Source: an uncultured Pseudomonadota bacterium
GTDB taxonomy: Bacteria; BMS3Abin14
Length of the DNA: 12,004 bases
Direction of reading: 5' to 3'
NCBI GenBank assembly: GCA_964454175.1
Contig: CAYVSA010000058.1
Coordinates: 1 to 12,004 of the forward strand
Each line of letters begins with the position of its first letter. Within the stretch, counting starts at the first letter, position 1. The notes under the pieces were generated by a model. The model saw only the letters and a program-made list of their open reading frames with translations. It ran no database searches and was not told the DNA's origin. Of the stretch, positions 1-6,463 are shown in pieces. Both the position numbers and the translations under genes were made by a program.

Positions 1-276
1 AGGGGCGTTGTAGACAACGATCGACCCTTCAGGACCGACAGCTTCAACAAGGGCGTTCAGGAATCCCGGGCGTGGATCATCTTTGTTTTCAACCAGGTAA
101 GGGACGTCCTCAAACTCTCCAACACGGTGCCCCTGGTCGAATACTGCAAGTTTGTCCGCGTCGGGAGGAGGGATCGTATCCGGCTCGTTGAACTGATACC
201 AGATCAGCTTCGGGCACTGGAGCCCGGAAAGGTACCTCGATTTTGAGATGATGGGCCGTTCCTGGTCTTCGAACAT
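1..276 (-). CDS. DUF2779-family protein, 5' part (runs off the window edge); appears internally deleted and may be a pseudogene
   Basis: Not in the ORF track. Manual translation from ATG 276: MFEDQERPIISKSRYLSGLQCPKLIWYQFNEPDTIPPPDADKLAVFDQGHRVGEFEDVPYLVENKDDPRPGFLNALVEAVGPEGSIVVYNAP (92 codons, no stop). SKSRYLxGLQCPK...FDQGHxVGE matches the N-terminus I recognise for DUF2779 proteins; DPRPxFL...GSIVVYNA matches their C-terminal DUF2779 domain. Confidence 0.8.
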   Translation of the reverse strand, partial: MFEDQERPIISKSRYLSGLQCPKLIWYQFNEPDTIPPPDADKLAVFDQGHRVGEFEDVPYLVENKDDPRPGFLNALVEAVGPEGSIVVYNAP

Positions 277-288
277 GAGGTAATTATA
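277..288 (-). promoter_or_regulatory. Putative -10 element of a leaderless promoter for the DUF2779 gene
   Basis: Minus strand reads TATAAT(288-283)-tacctc-ATG(276). No Shine-Dalgarno and no good -35. Confidence 0.5.
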
Positions 289-337
289 TCTGATTTTAAC
301 TATTGACGGTTAACAGATGAGGACCGCGAAACATGTT

Positions 338-524
338 CTTGAACCACAGAGGGCACAGAGAACACAGAGTTAAAACAATTGTTTGGCTTACATAAAGAGA
401 TGAATACATCCATCACCAGACCTTTTTTGCCTGTAGCAGCAGGAAATTATCCCCCCCTATCCCCTTCATCCCTGCCAGGCCATGCGGACTGAACGTCTCG
501 GTTCTGTGCCCTCTGTGTTTCAAG
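338..524. repeat. Non-coding element with 22-bp terminal inverted repeats (MITE/REP-like, CACAGAG units)
   Basis: Left arm 338-359 CTTGAACCACAGAGGGCACAGA; reverse complement of the right arm 503-524 CTTGAAACACAGAGGGCACAGA (21/22 identical). The left end has three CACAGAG units at 9-bp period. Inside, ATCCCCCCT-ATCCCCTTC-ATCCCTG-like repeats lie at about 449-475. Confidence 0.7.
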
Positions 525-562
525 CCCCGTCCTTTGATGTAAAACCAACATTCAGACTCCAA

Positions 563-591
563 TTGTTAGATTGCACTTAAAATGATAATTT
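563..591 (+). promoter_or_regulatory. Putative sigma70 promoter for the histidine kinase
   Basis: TTGTTA(563-568)-17 bp-TAATTT(586-591), with an extended -10 TG at 583-584. It overlaps a TAAAAT-gata-ATTTTA inverted repeat (578-593). The region is AT-rich, so a chance match is possible. Confidence 0.35.
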
Positions 592-679
592 TACTATTTA
601 CAGCAATACTCAAAAAGGTGTATCATCCACTTTCCTTGCGGATAAACTGCACCAGTTTACTGGTTTCAGAGGGGAGATC

Positions 680-3600
680 ATGGCAAGCAACCTCATGGTA
701 GCCGAAAGAGCACTCAGGGAGCTGGATTCCAAGTGGCTGGCTCTGATGGAGCACTCCCCCAACAAGATCACATTTCTGAACCTCGAGGGTTTTATTCTAT
801 TTACTAACATGAAAGGCGCAGACGTCACCCAGGAGGGGGCGGCGGGAAGGTCCTTCCTGGATCTCCTGCCGCAGGAACAGAGGAACCAGTTTGAAATTGC
901 CATGCTGGAAGTCTGCAGCAGCGACATAGCGGCCTCCAGATTCCGGACTGCAGAACCCGGCGAGGGGCGGAGTACATCCTGGTGGTCTTACGAAGTCAGC
1001 GGGATAAAAGATAGTGGATCTATTCTGGGATTCCTCATCATCGGCACGGATATATCCAGCCTGGTTGACTCGGAAGAGGAACTCCGTCAGAAGAACCGCG
1101 CCCTGAGCGTACTGAGTCAGTGCAACCAGGCAATTGTCCGAAACAGCGAAAAACAGGGCCTCCTCAAGAGGGTCTGCGACATCATCGTGGACGTGGGCGA
1201 CTACAGCCTGGCGTGGGTTGGCTTCGCCAAAAGGGGTGACGAAGCCTCCATCCGTATAGCCGCCCAGTCAGGAGCAGAAGGTGGATTACTGATAAAACCC
1301 CCTGCACACCCAGAAAACAACTGGATATTGAAGAGTCCCGCCGGAATCTCCCTCCGGACGCATAGGCCTTCTGTGACCAGGAGTCTCAACGAGATGGCAG
1401 AGCTTTCGGAACTGGATTTTGAGGCACTTCCGTTCGAGTTTAACTCGATGATCGGACTGCCCCTGATGGATGAAGACCAGGCTTTTGGCACCCTGTGTAT
1501 TCACTCCCGGGACCACGGAGCATTTGACGAAGAGGAGATCCAGCTTCTCGAAGAACTTGCGGGCAACCTCGCCTTCGCTATTACGGCCCTCAGGACCCGG
1601 CTTCGAAGCAAGATGGCTGAAGAAGCTCTGGAAGTGTCTGAGAGCCGCTACCGTGAGATGTTCGAGAATAACCCGCACCCAATGTGGGTCTATGACATGG
1701 AGACCCTGGCATTTCTCGACGTAAACAACGCCGCCATAGCACATTACGGCTACACTAGAGACGAATTGCAGACTATGACTATTGAGGACATACGTCCAGT
1801 TGAGGACCTGCCCGACCTCATGAAAAAGGTCTCAAGGGCTGCGCCGGCTATGGACAGCCCCGGTATAAGAAGACACATAAAGAAGAGCGGCCAGGTAATT
1901 AATGTTGACGTCACAACCCACACTCTCACCTACGGTGGACGTCCTGCAAAACTAGTTCTTGCCAACGACGTAACTGAGCGGCTTGCGATGGAAAAAGCGC
2001 TAAAGGACAGCGAGGAACAGTTCAGGATCGCTTTCAGAACCAGCCCCGACGCCATTAACATTAACCGCATGAGTGACGGCCTTTATATTGACATCAACGA
2101 AGGCTTCACAGCGACGACCGGGTTTGAACGGGATGAGACCATCGGCAAAACATCCCTCGAACTGAATATCTGGAAGAAGAAGGAAGACAGGGTCAAGTTG
2201 GTCGAGGAGTTGGACAGGGACGGGGAAGCGCACAATCTGGAGGCAGAATTCATCGTCAAGGACGGATCAGTCAAAACAGGACTGATGTCCGCCAAAGCTG
2301 TTTCACTGGGCGGGGAAAAGTGCATTCTCTCGGTGACGAGGGACGTGACCAACATCAAGCGGGCCGAACTGGCAGTGCGCGAATCGGAAGCAAAGTATCG
2401 TGAGCTCTTCGAGGAGTCACCGGATGGGATCTTCATATGCACACCGCAGGGCAGGATCCTGGATATAAACACTGCAGGCAAGAACTTCTTCGGAAATATA
2501 TCCCTCGAAGACCTTTTACAGATCGACATAATGTCCATGATCCTATCTGACACTGACAACAGGAAATCATTCGAGAGCAGTCTGTCTGAAAAAGGCTACG
2601 TAAAAGACCTGGAGGTCGTTATTGAAAGGGCTGACGGAAGCCGGGTCATCGCGCTTTATTCAGCAACTGCAGTCAAAGACGATCAGGGAACCATAACCGC
2701 TTTGCGAAGCTCCATGAGGGACATTACCGAGAGGCGCCGATTGAGGGATCATCTTTTTCAGGCTCAGAAGCTGGAGACTATCGGCACTCTTGCAGGTGGT
2801 ATCGCCCACGATTTCAATAACATCCTGACGCCCATATTCGGCCACATCAGCATGGCACTTTGCAAGCTGCCTGAAGACAGCGACGCCAGGGAAAATCTCG
2901 ACCAGGTTATAACAGCCTCTGAACGGGCCAAAGAGCTTGTCAAGCAGATCCTTACCTTCAGCAAGGTGACTGATCAGGAATACTGCAGCGTCGACACCTA
3001 CCTTGTTGTAAAGGAAGCTCTCAAACTGATCCGGGCATCTCTTCCTACCAACATCGAGATCAAAGCAGACCTTGATGACAAGTGCGGTACCGTTTTTGCG
3101 AACCCTACCCAGATACATCAGATGGTGATGAACCTGTGCACCAATGCTCACCATGCGATGAAGCCAAACGGCGGGATCCTCAAGGTAACCCTCGACACGA
3201 TCGATGCAGGTAAAGCCCCTGCGTTCTCCCTGGGAAAACCAAACTCTGCCGACCACGTCAGGCTGACTGTCAGCGATACCGGCGTAGGAATGGACCTTGA
3301 GACAAGAAACCGTGTCTTCGAGCCATTCTTCACTACCAAGCAGACGCACGAGGGCACCGGGCTGGGTCTCTCCATGGTCCACGGTATCGTCGGCGGTGTT
3401 CAAGGTACCATAACGGTGGACAGCAAGCCTGGCGAGGGCAGCACTTTTACGGTCTGCATCCCCAGGGTGGAAATGGAAGCAGAAGAGGTAGATCGTCAAA
3501 CCGAGGGATCCTATACCGGGTCGGAGCACGTTCTTTTTGTGGACGATGAAAGAGAGATCGCTCAGACAGGGAAGGATTTTCTGGAGCTGATGGGATACAC

Positions 3601-3910
3601 CGTAACGGTAAAGACCGACAGTCTCGAGGCCCTTGAAACCTTCAGAAGCGACCCCGACTGGTTTGATGTGATCGTAACTGACCAGATGATGCCCCACATG
3701 ACCGGCCTCGAGTTTGCGCGAAAACTAAAGGAGATCAAACCGGACATCCCGATAATAATAACTACCGGATACAGTGAAGAGATAACGGAAGAAAGCATCC
3801 AGTCAAACGGGATTGACGCCTTCCTGATGAAACCATATATGGGCTACAGCCTGGGTAGAGCTATCAGGAGCGTTGTTGATCCCACCTCCGGCGAAGAAAA
3901 GGCAATTTGA
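680..3910 (+). CDS. Cytoplasmic hybrid sensor histidine kinase/response regulator (PAS-GAF-PAS-PAS-PAS-HisKA-HATPase-REC, CckA-like)
   Basis: 1076-aa ORF with SD GGGGAG. GAF region (VCDIIVDVGDYSLAWVG...FDEEEIQLLEELAGNLAFAI); PAS/PAC ends NDVTER, RDVTNIK, RDITER; H-box IAHDFNNIL; N-box NLCTNA; G1 DTGVGM; F-box FEPFFTTK; G2 GTGLGL; receiver VDDE...VTDQMMP...TTG...KP. No obvious transmembrane helix. Confidence 0.96.
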   Translation: MASNLMVAERALRELDSKWLALMEHSPNKITFLNLEGFILFTNMKGADVTQEGAAGRSFLDLLPQEQRNQFEIAMLEVCSSDIAASRFRTAEPGEGRSTSWWSYEVSGIKDSGSILGFLIIGTDISSLVDSEEELRQKNRALSVLSQCNQAIVRNSEKQGLLKRVCDIIVDVGDYSLAWVGFAKRGDEASIRIAAQSGAEGGLLIKPPAHPENNWILKSPAGISLRTHRPSVTRSLNEMAELSELDFEALPFEFNSMIGLPLMDEDQAFGTLCIHSRDHGAFDEEEIQLLEELAGNLAFAITALRTRLRSKMAEEALEVSESRYREMFENNPHPMWVYDMETLAFLDVNNAAIAHYGYTRDELQTMTIEDIRPVEDLPDLMKKVSRAAPAMDSPGIRRHIKKSGQVINVDVTTHTLTYGGRPAKLVLANDVTERLAMEKALKDSEEQFRIAFRTSPDAININRMSDGLYIDINEGFTATTGFERDETIGKTSLELNIWKKKEDRVKLVEELDRDGEAHNLEAEFIVKDGSVKTGLMSAKAVSLGGEKCILSVTRDVTNIKRAELAVRESEAKYRELFEESPDGIFICTPQGRILDINTAGKNFFGNISLEDLLQIDIMSMILSDTDNRKSFESSLSEKGYVKDLEVVIERADGSRVIALYSATAVKDDQGTITALRSSMRDITERRRLRDHLFQAQKLETIGTLAGGIAHDFNNILTPIFGHISMALCKLPEDSDARENLDQVITASERAKELVKQILTFSKVTDQEYCSVDTYLVVKEALKLIRASLPTNIEIKADLDDKCGTVFANPTQIHQMVMNLCTNAHHAMKPNGGILKVTLDTIDAGKAPAFSLGKPNSADHVRLTVSDTGVGMDLETRNRVFEPFFTTKQTHEGTGLGLSMVHGIVGGVQGTITVDSKPGEGSTFTVCIPRVEMEAEEVDRQTEGSYTGSEHVLFVDDEREIAQTGKDFLELMGYTVTVKTDSLEALETFRSDPDWFDVIVTDQMMPHMTGLEFARKLKEIKPDIPIIITTGYSEEITEESIQSNGIDAFLMKPYMGYSLGRAIRSVVDPTSGEEKAI

Positions 3911-4027
3911 GGCAGTCCACTCAGAAAACGGGATAGCACATCCAACAGAACCAGGTACCGGCTTACTGAATCGCCATTCGGCCCCTCCCCAGGCTGAATA
4001 TTTCGCAAATTGACCTCCAACAGATAC

Positions 4028-4056
4028 TTGACCTGCCGCCGTCTGCGATATAACCT
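4028..4056 (+). promoter_or_regulatory. Putative sigma70 promoter for the DRR-repeat small protein
   Basis: TTGACC(4028-4033)-17 bp-TAACCT(4051-4056), 30 bp upstream of ATG 4087, with SD-like GAGGA at about 4075-4079. Confidence 0.55.
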
Positions 4057-4086
4057 TGCACAACTGAAGAACGTGAGGATCGCAGG

Positions 4087-4335
4087 ATGAATGCTGGCAG
4101 CTTTTGGCATGATAGAAGAATTTCTTCCCTTGACCGACGGACTGGATCCGGCAGCAGATGGTGGACCGGCGAACGGGACCGCCGCAGCACGCGGACCGAC
4201 AGGCGCGGGGCCGATTCTGACCGCCGGAGCGGACAGGCTGACAGGCGGCAGATCGTGGATATTCGCTTCGGTGAGGAAGGCAGGCGCCGGAGCAGCAGCG
4301 ACAGGAGACGCTACCAGCTGAATTGGGACTTGTGA
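4087..4335 (+). CDS. Small Arg-rich DRR-repeat protein (hypothetical; candidate c-di-GMP binder)
   Basis: 82 aa with seven DRR and one GRR, mostly at 7-residue period, and 22 Arg. The repeats use varied Arg codons (AGA, CGA, CGG, CGC, AGG). Promoter and SD lie upstream and a terminator lies 27 bp after the stop. Confidence 0.75.
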   Translation: MNAGSFWHDRRISSLDRRTGSGSRWWTGERDRRSTRTDRRGADSDRRSGQADRRQIVDIRFGEEGRRRSSSDRRRYQLNWDL

Positions 4336-4362
4336 TCAGAACCTGATCGCGAAATTTGAAAT

Positions 4363-4393
4363 AAAAAGCCCGGCCAATTGACCGGGCTTTTTT
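4363..4393. terminator. Bidirectional intrinsic terminator
   Basis: AAAAAGCCCGG-ccaattga-CCGGGCTTTTTT between the convergent stops at 4335 (+) and 4410 (-); a U-tract follows the stem on both strands. Confidence 0.9.
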
Positions 4394-4409
4394 CCGTATG
4401 GTCAGGAAG

Positions 4410-5327
4410 TCAGTCCGTTACTTTGCCATTCTGGACATATTTTCCCGGCACTTCAATAGGAAGACTCGCGTTATTTGCCCACTCGATCCAGGAACCATCA
4501 TAGTTCCTCGCATTCTCATAGCCCATCGACTTCAGGACCAGGGTAGCGTAGGACGAACGGATGCCCGTCTGGCAGTGAGCTACGATCTCTGCTTCCTTTG
4601 TAATACCCTTTGAGGACAGAAGCATCCTGATCTCTTCCTCGCTCTTCAGGACTCTCACACCGTCAACCTCTTTTTGAAGGTCCACCCAGTTAAGGTTAAT
4701 GGAACCCGGAATGTGGCCGCCCCTGTCGGCCCTGACGTCGGTCCCGTTGTATTCGCCGGGGCTTCTCGTATCCCAGATTATCACGGACGGATTGTGCAGC
4801 CGGGTATAGATGTAGTCCGCACCGGCTCTTATGTCGTTGGATGACCTGACCGTGTATCCCGTCGTTGGTTTAACCCTTGTTGACAGCACAGCAACCTTCC
4901 CGCCGTCCTTTAGCCACTTGTCGAATCCGCCGTCAAGGACATAGGACTTTTCATGCCCATGATACCTGAGCATCCAGACAAACCTCGCCGAATAGGGATT
5001 GCTGTCTTCAGCGTAGGCTACGACCGTAGTATCATTGGTTATACCGTAGCGATCCAGGAGCTTACCAAGGTCTTTACCGTCCGGCACCAGGCTCTTCACA
5101 CCGTAACGGGTCATGAGGAACTCACTCTTGCCGATATGCACCGCGCCGGGTATGTGACTCAGCAGGTACTTTGGGCCAACCCTGACGTCAACTATCCTGA
5201 CGCTTCCCGAGTTCTGTGCCAGCCAGGTGCTGTCGACAAAGTAGTCGCTTAAGGCAGCCTGTGATGGGACCGCCTGCAGCAGGAATGCTGTAATAACCGC
5301 CGCTATGATAGAAAGTGTTTTTCTCAC
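4410..5327 (-). CDS. Tandem-domain rhodanese/sulfurtransferase (SseA/TST-like) with N-terminal signal peptide
   Basis: 305 aa, GTG start with SD GGGAGGAA. Two HIPG[AS] motifs, LDGG, DTRSPGEY, active-site loop HCQTGIRSS and C-terminal rhodanese signature YDGSWIEW. The N-terminus MRKTLSIIAAVITAFLLQAVPSQA|A looks like a Sec signal peptide. Confidence 0.93.
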   Translation of the reverse strand: MRKTLSIIAAVITAFLLQAVPSQAALSDYFVDSTWLAQNSGSVRIVDVRVGPKYLLSHIPGAVHIGKSEFLMTRYGVKSLVPDGKDLGKLLDRYGITNDTTVVAYAEDSNPYSARFVWMLRYHGHEKSYVLDGGFDKWLKDGGKVAVLSTRVKPTTGYTVRSSNDIRAGADYIYTRLHNPSVIIWDTRSPGEYNGTDVRADRGGHIPGSINLNWVDLQKEVDGVRVLKSEEEIRMLLSSKGITKEAEIVAHCQTGIRSSYATLVLKSMGYENARNYDGSWIEWANNASLPIEVPGKYVQNGKVTD

Positions 5328-5390
5328 GACGTTCCTCCCGGGGTCCGGACATTCACCCCATTTTTACCGTTGTTTCGTTAATGACTATAC

Positions 5391-5411
5391 ATTACCCATA
5401 TGATAGGTAAT
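5391..5411. promoter_or_regulatory. Imperfect palindrome, candidate repressor site just downstream of the rhodanese promoter
   Basis: ATTACCcATatgATaGGTAAT: the outer 6 bp (ATTACC/GGTAAT) are a perfect inverted repeat. Confidence 0.4.
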
Positions 5412-5422
5412 TATTTTCGGTA

Positions 5423-5451
5423 AACCTACTATACAACATCTATGTTGTCAA
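5423..5451 (-). promoter_or_regulatory. sigma70 promoter for the rhodanese gene with an overlapping palindromic operator
   Basis: Minus strand TTGACA(5451-5446)-17 bp-TAGGTT(5428-5423). A perfect ACAACAT-ct-ATGTTGT palindrome at 5433-5448 overlaps the -35 and spacer. Confidence 0.65.
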
Positions 5452-5466
5452 GTTTAAAATTACTAT

Positions 5467-5481
5467 TGATAATAATTGTCG
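5467..5481. promoter_or_regulatory. Candidate Fur-family box
   Basis: TGATAAT-A-ATTGTCG matches the 7-1-7 Fur consensus TGATAAT-n-ATTATCA at 12/14 positions, 15 bp upstream of the rhodanese -35. Confidence 0.35.
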
Positions 5482-5517
5482 CATGTAAAGTGGTAAATAT
5501 CGGATTTTCAGAAGATA

Positions 5518-6294
5518 TTATCGGCTCAGGAGTTCTTCCAGCGCCCTCACATTGAACAGGCTCTCTTGCGTCTTGCCAAGCCACCTGGCGCAGCGGTTGA
5601 CATCGAGGGGTATCCCCACCGCTGGTATCCCCAACCTGTTACAGAGTCTCATGCCTTCAACGAGCTCCGGAATGCAGGCTATCCCAAGAGCTCCCATGTC
5701 AGGGTGCCTTTTCTTAAGCTCAGAAAACAGCTTTTTGTGGTCCATGGTAGTGGAAATGTACGGCTCAATACCGTACTTTTCAAGGATGCGCCCTCCCCTG
5801 TTAACAAAGCACTCCCTGTTGCAGTAGCGGCAGATAGATTCAATATCTCCCGGCTCGGCAATACAGCCTTCCCTGAAATCCCGCAGGCAGTGCGCAATTA
5901 AAGCCATTTTACAGGTACTGCCCTTGAAGGTTTCAACATTAACTCGGTTAGCCACCTCTATCTCGAGCATATTGAGGTGGTAGTCCTCTTCAGGCGTGGA
6001 GATCGTAGGGTCCATTCTGTCTGATATGGACAGGGTGCTCAGGTGGTGGGCAGCGTCAGTTGTATAGCCCGCAAGATCGTGAGCAATAACGCTGGCGATG
6101 GAATTTTTTTTCCCGGAAGTACCGAAGAGCTTCTGCAGCAGGGTTTTTCTGCCGGATGCGCGGCGCAGCCGCCCGAGGAGAGCCCCTGCACCGCCGTTAT
6201 CCTCAATGCACTTGTCTGCTACCCTGCTGATCCTGTTGTAATAACCCGACGAACTTCCTGCGTGATCTGTAAGGGTATAGGTCCTGCCCCGCAT
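5518..6294 (-). CDS. DUF116 domain-containing protein (Cys-rich, putative metal/Fe-S binding)
   Basis: 258 aa, SD GGAGAGG. The pattern HCLR-x5-C...CxxCxxxC...GIACIPELVEG...GIPLDVNRC is typical of DUF116. Confidence 0.82.
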   Translation of the reverse strand: MRGRTYTLTDHAGSSSGYYNRISRVADKCIEDNGGAGALLGRLRRASGRKTLLQKLFGTSGKKNSIASVIAHDLAGYTTDAAHHLSTLSISDRMDPTISTPEEDYHLNMLEIEVANRVNVETFKGSTCKMALIAHCLRDFREGCIAEPGDIESICRYCNRECFVNRGGRILEKYGIEPYISTTMDHKKLFSELKKRHPDMGALGIACIPELVEGMRLCNRLGIPAVGIPLDVNRCARWLGKTQESLFNVRALEELLSR

Positions 6295-6399
6295 GACATC
6301 CTCTCCAGAGACGAAAACAACCGCTCCTCACCTGTATAACGTAACCATTAATACCCCTGTTCGGGAAGTGGTACCTGCGGGACAATTTCCAGCACGGGG

Positions 6400-6451
6400 T
6401 CTGCCGGACCCGGACATTCCACGACTGCAGCGGAGGCCCGGGACCGGCAGA
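6400..6451 (-). other. Long GC-rich intergenic hairpin after the DUF6429 stop
   Basis: On the minus strand, TCTGCCGGTCCCGGGC pairs with GTCCGGGTCCGGCAGA (16-bp stem, one mismatch, one G-U). No U-tract follows on the minus strand. Confidence 0.5.
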
Positions 6452-6463
6452 TTTTTCAACCGG

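Noticed and set aside
333..395. Short ORF MFLNHRGHREHRVKTIVWLT
   Set aside because: The HRx repeat is simply the translation of the 9-bp CACAGAG DNA repeat, which also occurs inverted at 503-524, so it is a DNA-level feature.
338..524. CRISPR array or autonomous IS element
   Set aside because: The repeats are inverted or short tandem units with no unique spacers; there are no cas or transposase genes and no clear target-site duplication.
2660..3697. 345-aa minus-strand ORF, plus other ORFs antisense to the kinase, thiH (8947-9534), thiS/thiE (9642-10292) and the glycosyltransferase (11128-11805)
   Set aside because: Shadow ORFs fully overlapping genes with clear family motifs; they have no recognisable motifs themselves.
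3911..4086. c-di-GMP (GEMM) riboswitch or sRNA upstream of the DRR gene
   Set aside because: No GGCAAAC...GAAA...GACGCAAAGC-type consensus and no convincing stems; only a promoter was found.
4091..4321. 76-aa Ala/Gly/Thr-rich ORF in an alternative frame of the DRR gene
   Set aside because: The repeat is invariant at the amino-acid level, with synonymous variation, only in the 4087 frame.
4410..5327. Rhodanese as the sulfur donor for ThiS
   Set aside because: It has a predicted export signal, lies on the opposite strand and has a separate promoter outside TPP control, whereas ThiS thiocarboxylation is cytoplasmic.
5433..5448. NrdR box
   Set aside because: It has the same length and ACA...TGT ends, but the inner positions differ from the acaCwAtATaTwGtgt consensus and no nucleotide reductase gene is nearby.
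4410..6294. Selenocysteine recoding in the rhodanese or DUF116 genes
   Set aside because: The active-site and motif residues are ordinary Cys codons, and both proteins reach their expected C-terminal motifs before the stop.
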